DNA of 64,000 nucleotides from an uncultured bacterium (GTDB lineage Bacteria > Hydrothermota > UBA3072), in the NCBI GenBank assembly GCA_964606065.1, contig CAZSEX010000004.1, positions 8,311-72,310 of the forward strand, in the 5' to 3' direction. Below are positions 37,952-46,706 of this stretch, in pieces. The first letter of the stretch is position 1. Every line of letters begins with the position of its first letter. Made by a program: the position numbers and the translations under genes. The notes beneath the pieces were generated by a model that worked only from the letters and a program-made list of their open reading frames with translations, was not told where the DNA came from and made no database searches.

Positions 37952-39037
37952 ATGAAAGATAACCAAAACATAAAGAATGAACCCTCGTTAAAAGAAATAT
38001 TTAAGGATGACTTTTATATCGGAGCTGCGCTTAATCTGGATCAAATCGAGGGTAAAGATACCGATGGAATAGCTGTTGTAGAGAAGCACTTTAACAGTAT
38101 CGTTGCTGAAAATATTTTAAAGTGGGAAGAAATACATCCTGAAATAGATAGGTATAATTTTGAACCGGCTGATAAGTACGCGGCTTTCGGAGAAAAAAAT
38201 AAGATGTTTGTGGTTGGGCATACCCTTGTATGGTTTTATCAAACTCCCGATTGGGTGTTTGAAGATGATTCCGGAAAAGCGCTCAGCAGAGAAGCGTTGC
38301 TCGCCCGGATGAAAAACCACATCTTCACGGTAATGGGCCGTTATAAAGGTAAAATACACGGCTGGGACGTTGTAAACGAGGTGGTTGTCGAAGATGGTTC
38401 TTTTAGAAAATGCAAGTGGTGTGAGATTATCGGGGAAGATTATGTACAGAAGGCATTCGAGTACGCGCGTGAGGCTGACCCGAACGCGGAACTTTATTAC
38501 AACGATTTTGATTATTATAAGAAACCTAAACGAGATGGTATTATTAAGCTGATAGAAAATTTAAAGTCGAAGGGCGTTCGAATAGACGGAATCGGCATAC
38601 AGGCGCACTGGTTTCTCGAACATCCTGAAATAGCTGAAATCGAGAAGTTTGTTGTAGAGCTGGGTAAGTTAGAGGTCAAGATTATGATTACGGAAATGGA
38701 TGTTGGGGTTACTCCTTTTTATCCCTGTGATACACCCGCGAGAGATTTATCGTCTTTTGACCCTGAAACACAGAAAAAATTAAATCCTTATACCGAAGGT
38801 GTTCCGGATTCGGTTCTTAAAGAACAGGCGGACAGGTACGCGGAGTTGTTTTCATTGTTTTTAAAACACCGTGACAAGTTTAGCAGAATAACATTCTGGG
38901 CGGTTCACGACAAACAATCCTGGCGCAGTTATTTACCTATAAGAGGCAGGACCGAATACCCGATGTTGTTCGATCGTGATTGTAAACCCAAACCGGCTTT
39001 CTATGCCGTTGTGGAAACAGGTCAAAGTAGATGGTAA
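37952..39037 (+). CDS. GH10 endo-1,4-beta-xylanase, no signal peptide
   Basis: AENILKWE, GHTLVW, WDVVNEV (acid/base), YYNDF, GIGIQAH, ITEMDV (nucleophile), ITFWAVHD. Confidence 0.95.
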   Translation: MKDNQNIKNEPSLKEIFKDDFYIGAALNLDQIEGKDTDGIAVVEKHFNSIVAENILKWEEIHPEIDRYNFEPADKYAAFGEKNKMFVVGHTLVWFYQTPDWVFEDDSGKALSREALLARMKNHIFTVMGRYKGKIHGWDVVNEVVVEDGSFRKCKWCEIIGEDYVQKAFEYAREADPNAELYYNDFDYYKKPKRDGIIKLIENLKSKGVRIDGIGIQAHWFLEHPEIAEIEKFVVELGKLEVKIMITEMDVGVTPFYPCDTPARDLSSFDPETQKKLNPYTEGVPDSVLKEQADRYAELFSLFLKHRDKFSRITFWAVHDKQSWRSYLPIRGRTEYPMLFDRDCKPKPAFYAVVETGQSRW

Positions 39038-39064
39038 TAGGAGATAACAGACAAAGTGCTGCAC

Positions 39065-39090
39065 TTGACATAGATAAATGGTGATATAAT
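39065..39090 (+). promoter_or_regulatory. Internal promoter for the pfkB-GH3-GH116-ASKHA genes
   Basis: TTGACA (39065-39070) and extended -10 TGATATAAT (39082-39090). The spacing to TATAAT is short (14 nt). Confidence 0.45.
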
Positions 39091-39123
39091 ATACTTCAAA
39101 ATTAACACACAAGGAGCTTAAAA

Positions 39124-40341
39124 ATGACAGATGAAAAAGATCTTGAAATTGTAGCTGCAGGTCATACCTGCCTTGATTTAATACCGGCTTTCACAATCGA
39201 GGGGACAGTTGATAGGATGACTGATGTCCTTGTACCCGGTAAAATGATAGACATGGGTGAATGTGTGGTTGTGGGAGGTGGCCCTGTCACCAACGCCGGA
39301 GTATCTATAAGGAGACTCGGTGTCAAGACTGAACTAATAGGCAAAATTGGTGACGATGATTTTGGAAAACAGATTCTTCGGTGGTATGAAGAACATGAAG
39401 GGCATTTTAAAGGAATTAAAATGGTCGAAGGTGAATCTACATCTTATACAATAGCGATTTGTATTCCCGGAATAGACCGTTTTTATCTTCATCATTGCGG
39501 AGCCAATGATACTTTTGGCTATGAAGATATGGATTTTGATATCGTGGAACGTTCAAAACTTATGCTTTTCGGATATCCGCCGTGGATGAAGAAACTTTAC
39601 AGCAACACAGGAGCGGAATTGACTAAAATACTTAAAAAGACAAGAGAATTAGGAACAACGATAGCTCTGGACCTTTCTCTTCCTGATGTCGACGGTTACG
39701 CCGAAAATATAGATTGGTTTTCTATTATGGAAAATTGGATTCCTCTTTCTGATATTATGGTACCCAGCGCGGAAGAGATTTTTTACTTTTTATACAAAGA
39801 TAAGTTCCTTGAAAAGAGGAGAAGTCTAAAAGAGAGAGAAACGGTTCTCGACAATATGAGTGTGAAAGAGATTTCTGACATTGGTAAAGATTTAATTAAA
39901 ATGGGTACGGCAATAGCGATGGTAAAATGCGGGCACAGAGGATTGTATGTGCGAACCGCCGGCAAGGAACGTCTGAGCAAATTAGGAGCGGCAGGATGTT
40001 CAGACCTCGATAACTGGGCTAACCGTGAACTCTGGTTTCCTGTTTACGAAGAGGAAAAATTCGTGGGTGCTCTCGGTTCAGGCGATTCCGCTATTGCAGG
40101 ATTCCTTTCCGCTTTTGTGTGGAATCATTCAGTCGAATCCTGTTTAAGGTATGCTAACGCTGCCGGCAGCATGAATGTTACCGTCCCCGATGGTCTTACC
40201 TGGAATAAAGGATTTGAAGATCTTACGAGGCGAATCGAAGCGGGCTGGAAGACAAGAGAATTGAAAATCGATGAAGATGGTTGGAAATTTGAAAAAGGGT
40301 TCTGGGTGGGACCTGATAACAGCGGTAAATGGGAATCATAA
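39124..40341 (+). CDS. PfkB/ribokinase-family carbohydrate kinase
   Basis: GGGPVTNAG...RRLG...GKIGDDDFG and C-terminal GALGSGDSAIAGFL. Confidence 0.88.
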   Translation: MTDEKDLEIVAAGHTCLDLIPAFTIEGTVDRMTDVLVPGKMIDMGECVVVGGGPVTNAGVSIRRLGVKTELIGKIGDDDFGKQILRWYEEHEGHFKGIKMVEGESTSYTIAICIPGIDRFYLHHCGANDTFGYEDMDFDIVERSKLMLFGYPPWMKKLYSNTGAELTKILKKTRELGTTIALDLSLPDVDGYAENIDWFSIMENWIPLSDIMVPSAEEIFYFLYKDKFLEKRRSLKERETVLDNMSVKEISDIGKDLIKMGTAIAMVKCGHRGLYVRTAGKERLSKLGAAGCSDLDNWANRELWFPVYEEEKFVGALGSGDSAIAGFLSAFVWNHSVESCLRYANAAGSMNVTVPDGLTWNKGFEDLTRRIEAGWKTRELKIDEDGWKFEKGFWVGPDNSGKWES

Positions 40342-40363
40342 AATACTAAATGAGGAGGTAAGA

Positions 40364-42187
40364 ATGTCAAAAAAAGAGAGAGTTAAATTTATAAGTAAGC
40401 AGATTTCAAAAATGACTCTTGAGGAAAAAGTCGGACAGGTTTTAACTTTCACGTGGAGGGGTACGGTGTTTACTCCCAGCGGAATCGAACAGGTTACGAA
40501 ATTGCACTGCGGCGGACTTTGTCTCGAGCCGTACGCTGTGGAAACATGTAAGAACCTGTATTGGGGTAATTCCCAGATAGATACGACTTTTAAGAAACCG
40601 AAAGATTATTTCAAAATAGCCGAGACTTATTTCGCGGGTTCAGATTTTGGGATCAGCATAACCCCGGAAGAATACGCGAAGAGACTTAAAAGATGGCAGA
40701 AAATAGCCATGGATCGTCCTTCTGGAGTTCCTCTGCATATCACAGTCGATTTTGAAGGCGATTTCAAAAATGATTATATGGCGGGGGGAATAAGACAGTT
40801 TCCCGCTCCCATGGGTATGGCTGCGATAGGTGATAAAAAAATAACTTATAAAATCGGTGAGATTATCGGCAAAATGTTATCGGCTATGGGTGTTACACAG
40901 ATGTATTCACCGGTCTGTGACGTGAATACAAATCCCAAGAATCCTGAAATAGGAGTTCGATCTTTCAGTGATGATCCGCAAACTTGCGCGGATCACGCGG
41001 TAGCTTTGATTAAAGGTTTACAGGATAATGGTATAGCAACCACTGCCAAACATTTCCCGGGAAGAGGCAGCTCGGATACCGATGCTCACGATGTCCTGGA
41101 AGTGTTAAACTTAAGTAAGCAGAGGATGCACGAAGTCGATCTGGTTCCTTTTAAAGCCGCTATCGAGGCGGGTACAAAAGCTATTATGACCGGGCATTCC
41201 GTTTATCCGGCTTATGATAAAAAATATCCCACGACTTTATCCGAAAACATACTGACTGGTTTATTAAGAGAAGAGCTTCAATTTAAAGGGGTAATTGTTT
41301 CGGACGCTATCGGTATGGCTGCCATACTTAAGAAATGGCCTCTTCCGCAGGCCTGTGTAATGGCTTTAAAAGCGGGAGTCGATACGATACTTCTGAAAGC
41401 CGACGATGAATCCAGGTCTCAGACTTTCTTTGGGATTAAACGAGCTGTGGAAAATGGCGAGTTATCCGAAGAAAGGTTAGATGAGGCGGTTACTCGTCTC
41501 CTGCGAATGAAGTATGACCAGGGCCTATATAAAACGGCTCCCAAAATTAGTCCTGAGAAAACTTACAAGATCACCACAGATAAAAAAGTTATAGATTTTT
41601 CCTGGGATATAGCGAAGAAAGCTCAAATTATAATGAGAGATGATAAGAAATTACTGCCGCTCAATGATAAAAAGAAGATACTTGTAATAGAACAGCGTAT
41701 TCCCTATGAGTTCTGCGGTAAAGATCCTTATATGCATATGCATATGTTCTGTGAAAGAATGGTCGATCATTCCACGAATTTGATTCTTGTTGATACGGAA
41801 TTTTCAGCATTCGAAGAAGAAATTAAAGAATGTATGGAACTCGCGAAGCAGGCGGACCTTGTGGTGATGACCAATTATTACGCGCGAATAGTTAAATCCG
41901 GTAACAATCAACTTTTAGCTAAGAAACTGAAAAAAGCCGGGAAAGATATCGTCGTTGTTACCAATAGCCCGTATGTCGAGGGCACGACCGATGTTGCCGA
42001 TGCTGCTATTTGCAACTTCAGCGCTACGCCCGATTCTATCAGGGCTTCCGCGGATTTACTTTTTGGTAAGTTTAAACCGCGCGCTGCCACAAAAGTACCC
42101 GTAGATATCGGAAAGCAAAAATCTACTCCCCAGAAAAAACTGAAGGCCAAAAAGAAATCAAAAAAGCTGGATTTATCGTATTGTTAA
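40364..42187 (+). CDS. GH3 glycoside hydrolase, NagZ-like subfamily (possibly a phosphorylase)
   Basis: MTLEEKVGQ, VDFEG, SPVCDVNTNPKNPEIGVRSFSDDP, KHFPGRG...DAH, IVSDAIGM. SD GAGGAGG supports ATG 40364. No signal peptide. Confidence 0.88.
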   Translation: MSKKERVKFISKQISKMTLEEKVGQVLTFTWRGTVFTPSGIEQVTKLHCGGLCLEPYAVETCKNLYWGNSQIDTTFKKPKDYFKIAETYFAGSDFGISITPEEYAKRLKRWQKIAMDRPSGVPLHITVDFEGDFKNDYMAGGIRQFPAPMGMAAIGDKKITYKIGEIIGKMLSAMGVTQMYSPVCDVNTNPKNPEIGVRSFSDDPQTCADHAVALIKGLQDNGIATTAKHFPGRGSSDTDAHDVLEVLNLSKQRMHEVDLVPFKAAIEAGTKAIMTGHSVYPAYDKKYPTTLSENILTGLLREELQFKGVIVSDAIGMAAILKKWPLPQACVMALKAGVDTILLKADDESRSQTFFGIKRAVENGELSEERLDEAVTRLLRMKYDQGLYKTAPKISPEKTYKITTDKKVIDFSWDIAKKAQIIMRDDKKLLPLNDKKKILVIEQRIPYEFCGKDPYMHMHMFCERMVDHSTNLILVDTEFSAFEEEIKECMELAKQADLVVMTNYYARIVKSGNNQLLAKKLKKAGKDIVVVTNSPYVEGTTDVADAAICNFSATPDSIRASADLLFGKFKPRAATKVPVDIGKQKSTPQKKLKAKKKSKKLDLSYC

Positions 42188-42199
42188 GGAGGATATTAT

Positions 42200-44782
42200 A
42201 TGCCAAAATCTTCTGGTATAGAAATAAAAGACGTTTTTACTATTAAAGGGAAGAAGATATCAAAAATTTATGACGATAACTACATGTCCGTTCATTTTCA
42301 GGGAATGTCGAAAACTCTTCAGTTCCCTCACACTATAGCTCTTCAGGGTGCTCCTACCTGTTCTATAGGTTTATCTCCCGATGGTTTATACAACAGGCTT
42401 AACAACGCGGGCAGGCTGATTTTGTTGAATCAAAACGCGATTCAATTTGCTTCTGCTCCGTTTATTCGTATCAGGGGAGAAAAGGAGGAGGAGGAAGAGG
42501 AAGAGGAAGAGATTTTAGTGGAAGAAGATACTTTTATGCTTACCAGAAGGGATCCGGAGAAGGTAGAGGAAATCGATGATGTACCGGCATTGAAGAATTA
42601 TTATCATAAACCGCTTCCCGAGAAAGATATCACTATTTCGATTGCCACACCTCTCCTGGAAATGGCATATAAAATCGATAAAGTCAGTGTTAAAAGACGT
42701 CTGGTTTCTCCCTTATTTGCTGAGAGAGATCAGGCTTTAATGCCCCTTGGCGTCGAGGAATATGAGATTATTAATAACAGTGACGAGGAAAAAGAAATTA
42801 CCCTGGTGTTGCCCAGACCCTCTCTTGTCAATCTTCAGGAAAAAGAGCTGAAGCCGACGGATCAGGATACAGTTTATATATGTTCCGCGCCGGTTAAAGG
42901 TCATGTTCATAAAGAATTTGAATCGTCGGGTATGGAGGGAGTGGTTATGGGTAGTAAGGAATGTAAAGATAGAATGGTAATTGCCGTACCGAAGCTGAAA
43001 GATGTAAATATTGACACAAACCCCTATTTCTGCCTGAATTACCTGAAACAGGATTTGTTGTTGAATGATGACGGTAGTTTTTATCGGAAAAGAGAGCCTC
43101 TTGTCAAACAGGATTATGGCGCGGCGATAAGTTTATCGTTTACATTGAAATCTGAATCATCAATGAAAATACCTTTTGCTGTCGGTCTGGATTTTCCCGT
43201 GCAAACTTATATCGATGGTAAAAAATTCGATCGGAAATATATAAAGAGTTTCAAAAACGAAAAAACCCGTACGGTCGATATGGCAAAAGTCGCTCTGGAT
43301 AATTACAAGGATTGGTTCGACAGAACGATGGCTATCCAGAGTAAGATATACGATTTAATAAGGAAAAATCCGGCTTATAAAAATGATAAAGCCGGGGCAT
43401 TAAGGTTAACCAGACTGATTCTTAATGAGTTTAGTTTTCCCCTGTCGAATGCCGCGGTCTGGGTTGAAGATAAAGACAGCAGCCAGAGAGCGAGATTCTT
43501 AGAGTGTTTTGATTACGCTTACATAGATCCTTCCGATGTGGATTGGTATTCCATGGTGCTTATGATACTTTTTCCGGATATAGAAAGGGAACTCTGTCAG
43601 AGTTTTGTGGATTCTATCAACAGAGAAAACAAAAATAAACGTTTTTATCATTTGCACGCGTCTTTTGTTGAAGCCAGAAAGCACTTCAAGGATTATCCTG
43701 AAGAGTATGAGGGTCAATCACTGACACAGATATATGATCAAATTAAGATTAAAGGTGCCGTTTCTCATGATGTCGGCGCTTTACCCAAAGGGCATCCATT
43801 GCGTAACGTCAGTGACTATGCCTGGTACAATGACAACTATTGGGTAGACCTTTTTCCCAAACTTGCCACAAGAGTGCTGCGCAATGTTAAATTTATGAAA
43901 GATAAGGACTTTTTGAAGAAAAATTGGGAAACTCTGAAATTCGGGTTCAAGCATCTTCAGACTCATGATCATGACGGTGACGGAATACCCGAAGGTAATC
44001 CCGGTGAAGTAAAAAATACTTTCGATAATTTGACTCTGTTTGGAGTGGATGCTTATGATGCCACTATTTTTATGGCCGGCTGTCGAGCCATGATTGTAAT
44101 GGCGGATATGATGAAAGACAAAGAAGCGAAAAAGGAATACGAGAAAGCCTTTGAAAAAGCTCAGACGGAGTTCGAAAAATTGTGGAGAGAGAAAGAAAAC
44201 AAAAAAGGCGAGAAGTTGGAATATTATATAACCTGCTATGACCAGGATACAGGTGAAGAAAATACCGATGTATGGCTTAATCAACTGGATGCGATATGGG
44301 CGTTAATAGCGATCGGAGAAGAGCCTTTTATTCCTGAGAAAAGAGTTAAAAAGATTCTCAAGACGATTTATAAAAACAACAGAACTTTCATGGGTTGGGC
44401 TATGTGCCGGACTGAAGACGGAGGAAAAGTCGAATCGGAGCAGGGTCAGGATGTATATACCACTTCAAATTATGTTTTCGCGGAGCTTCTCGACTATTAC
44501 GGTCTTAGGAAAGAAAGCAAGGAAGTTTATAAAGCCATGGATAAGGTTATTTTCGATTACGCGAACTCGTTAATCTCTCCGGATAACCTGAGAGCTGAAT
44601 TGGAAATAGAAGCAGGAGAAACTGTTCCAACCCCGCATTATATCGTAGCTGCTTATCCCAGACCGGGAGCTGTAATGACGCAACTGGTTCTTCAGTATAT
44701 TAAAGAACTTCAGAAGGAAAAAGGCAAAGCAAAGGTAAACTCCGGGCAATTGAAATCCTTTATAAGTGTTTTAATGAAGTAA
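42200..44782 (+). CDS. GH116 (GBA2-type) glycoside hydrolase
   Basis: RFLECFDY (nucleophile Glu), HDVGALP, W.DLFPKLA, HDHDGDGIPEG...NTFD (acid/base Asp), NQLDA.W. No signal peptide. Confidence 0.8.
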   Translation: MPKSSGIEIKDVFTIKGKKISKIYDDNYMSVHFQGMSKTLQFPHTIALQGAPTCSIGLSPDGLYNRLNNAGRLILLNQNAIQFASAPFIRIRGEKEEEEEEEEEILVEEDTFMLTRRDPEKVEEIDDVPALKNYYHKPLPEKDITISIATPLLEMAYKIDKVSVKRRLVSPLFAERDQALMPLGVEEYEIINNSDEEKEITLVLPRPSLVNLQEKELKPTDQDTVYICSAPVKGHVHKEFESSGMEGVVMGSKECKDRMVIAVPKLKDVNIDTNPYFCLNYLKQDLLLNDDGSFYRKREPLVKQDYGAAISLSFTLKSESSMKIPFAVGLDFPVQTYIDGKKFDRKYIKSFKNEKTRTVDMAKVALDNYKDWFDRTMAIQSKIYDLIRKNPAYKNDKAGALRLTRLILNEFSFPLSNAAVWVEDKDSSQRARFLECFDYAYIDPSDVDWYSMVLMILFPDIERELCQSFVDSINRENKNKRFYHLHASFVEARKHFKDYPEEYEGQSLTQIYDQIKIKGAVSHDVGALPKGHPLRNVSDYAWYNDNYWVDLFPKLATRVLRNVKFMKDKDFLKKNWETLKFGFKHLQTHDHDGDGIPEGNPGEVKNTFDNLTLFGVDAYDATIFMAGCRAMIVMADMMKDKEAKKEYEKAFEKAQTEFEKLWREKENKKGEKLEYYITCYDQDTGEENTDVWLNQLDAIWALIAIGEEPFIPEKRVKKILKTIYKNNRTFMGWAMCRTEDGGKVESEQGQDVYTTSNYVFAELLDYYGLRKESKEVYKAMDKVIFDYANSLISPDNLRAELEIEAGETVPTPHYIVAAYPRPGAVMTQLVLQYIKELQKEKGKAKVNSGQLKSFISVLMK

Positions 44783-44822
44783 AGATCGCACCTGGTTTTG
44801 AAAAACATAGAGGATTTAGAAA

Positions 44823-46409
44823 ATCGGTCGAATATACTTTCCGCAATTTAATAAAAGCAAAGTAATAGAACCCGGTAAAATCGTTCTGGAGTATGCACGG
44901 GAATTGGGTGTGCCTATAAATATTGGTTACGGTAGATTGGGAATTCGTAAGGAATGTAGAATCAAAGTAGAAGAAGGTTCTGAGGCTTTAAATAAAAGAA
45001 CTAAAGCAGAGAAAGGATTAGGCAAAGAGGAAAGATTAGCTTCACAAGTTGTAACTGAAAACGGCGAACATGATGTATATGTGAGTTTTACGCAGAGTGG
45101 TTTTATAACCAATATCCTGACGCACGCGTCAAAAACAAGAAAATTTTTTTTAAATCCCCTGATTCAAAAAAAAGGCAATAAGGTTTGTTCAGAAGGAAAT
45201 GAAATTGATGATTACCGCAATGGCGTATTTGGGATTGCTGCTGACATTGGGACAACGACTGTTGTACTACATTTAATGGATTTAGAAAAAGGCGATATTA
45301 TCCACACTTCCGCGTTCGAAAATCCTCAAAAAAGGATTGATGGAGGTAATGTAATAAGCAGGATTCTATTTGACGGTAAGAATCCCGGCAAATTGCATAA
45401 TATTTTGACAAAAAAAATAAATGAAGAAATAAAGAAAATGCCTGTAGATAGTCGAGAAATATATGATTTTGTGGTCGTGGGAAACAGCACAATGAGAGAT
45501 TTGTTTTTCGGACTCGATGTGCAGAGTCTCGGAGTTAGCCCCTATCAATCCATTACGGAAAGAGAGAAGGGAAGAACTTTCATGAGAGTGAAGGCTCCTG
45601 AACTCGGTCTAAGATTAAACAAAAGCGCTGAAGTTTATGGTCCTCCTTTGATCGGCTCCCATATTGGATCCGACGCTCTCGCAGTTTCTCTTTCCTGCGG
45701 AATTTTCGACGACACCGAGGAAATTGCGATGTGCATCGATATTGGTACTAATGGTGAGATTGTTCTGAAGTACGAAAAGGGAATTATCGCGACTTCCTGT
45801 GCGGCAGGTCCGGCTTTAGAGCCTATGCCCGCATTATCCGGGGCGATTGACAGGTTCAGTATAAAAGGTGGTAAAATAAGCTGGCAAACTATAGGAGATA
45901 TCGAACCGATTGGCATTTGTGGTTCCGGTATAATCGATGTTATGGGAGAGTTAAGAAAAAACAATATGATGGATGAAGATGGGTATCTTAAAAACGGCAA
46001 AGTTTTTAAGATAACAGATAACATTCAGATAACTCAAACCGATATAAAAGGAACGAAAGGATTTTTGTTTGGCAAAGCAGCTATATCCCTGGGGATAAAA
46101 GCTCTGTTAGAAGAGAAAAATTTAACCACGGCCGAATTAGACAAAGTGTATATCGCAGGTTCCTTTGGCACCTATATAGATATAGAGAATGCCAGGATAA
46201 TTGGTCTCGTTCCGGATATCCCTTCCGAAAAGATTATCCAGGTCGGTAATGCCGCGGCTCTCGGAGCCCAGGAAATATTATTGAGTTCAGAAATGAGAAA
46301 AACAGCTGAGAACGCGGTAAATAAAATAGAGCATATTGGTCTGGAACTTCTTCCCAATTATGGGGAGAGATTGATGCTGATCGAGCAGAAATTTAAGAAA
46401 TTTTGTTAG
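44823..46409 (+). CDS. RACo/RamA-like ASKHA corrinoid reductive activator with a degenerate N-terminal 2Fe-2S domain
   Basis: ADIGTTTVV, NPQ...GGNVISRI, GNSTM, HIGSDALA, DIGTNGEI, SCAAGPALE, GICGSG, AGSFG, GNAAALGA. The frame is open upstream to 44820. The start is uncertain (ORF track TTG 44904; ATC 44823 has an SD). Confidence 0.8.
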   Translation: MGRIYFPQFNKSKVIEPGKIVLEYARELGVPINIGYGRLGIRKECRIKVEEGSEALNKRTKAEKGLGKEERLASQVVTENGEHDVYVSFTQSGFITNILTHASKTRKFFLNPLIQKKGNKVCSEGNEIDDYRNGVFGIAADIGTTTVVLHLMDLEKGDIIHTSAFENPQKRIDGGNVISRILFDGKNPGKLHNILTKKINEEIKKMPVDSREIYDFVVVGNSTMRDLFFGLDVQSLGVSPYQSITEREKGRTFMRVKAPELGLRLNKSAEVYGPPLIGSHIGSDALAVSLSCGIFDDTEEIAMCIDIGTNGEIVLKYEKGIIATSCAAGPALEPMPALSGAIDRFSIKGGKISWQTIGDIEPIGICGSGIIDVMGELRKNNMMDEDGYLKNGKVFKITDNIQITQTDIKGTKGFLFGKAAISLGIKALLEEKNLTTAELDKVYIAGSFGTYIDIENARIIGLVPDIPSEKIIQVGNAAALGAQEILLSSEMRKTAENAVNKIEHIGLELLPNYGERLMLIEQKFKKFC

Positions 46410-46488
46410 TCATATGGTTAAGGTGCCCCAAGGTTGATAATGATGTTATATCATCCATTAGCTTACGAAAAAATAAGGAAAATAGCAC

Positions 46489-46517
46489 TTGACATTATTG
46501 TTTGTTTTTCATATAAT
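46489..46517 (+). promoter_or_regulatory. Perfect consensus sigma70 promoter for TBDR module 2
   Basis: TTGACA (46489-46494), N17, TATAAT (46512-46517). Confidence 0.75.
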
Positions 46518-46601
46518 ACTGAATACGAATGAGGAATCTTTAGTTTTAAAGATGTGTAATGTTTTATAGGAATTGCGGAGAAAGGAGGAAAAACAGTAAC
46601 A

Positions 46602-46706
46602 GTGAATTTTAAGGCATTTTTAAGAACGTTCGGAAATGGTTTTTTGTTATGTAAAATTGTTTTAACTTATTGTTTTTTAACCCTTAATAAAAGGAGGTTT
46701 TCATGA
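46602..46706 (+). CDS. Possible 34-aa leader ORF overlapping the TBDR2 start
   Basis: GTG start, VNFKAFLRTFGNGFLLCKIVLTYCFLTLNKRRFS, TGA overlaps the TBDR ATG (ATGA), AAAGGAGG at 46581. Confidence 0.3.
   Translation: MNFKAFLRTFGNGFLLCKIVLTYCFLTLNKRRFS

Noticed and set aside
40271-40363. Upstream start of GH3 overlapping pfkB
   Set aside because: A strong SD precedes ATG 40364, and the extension overlaps the pfkB 3' end.
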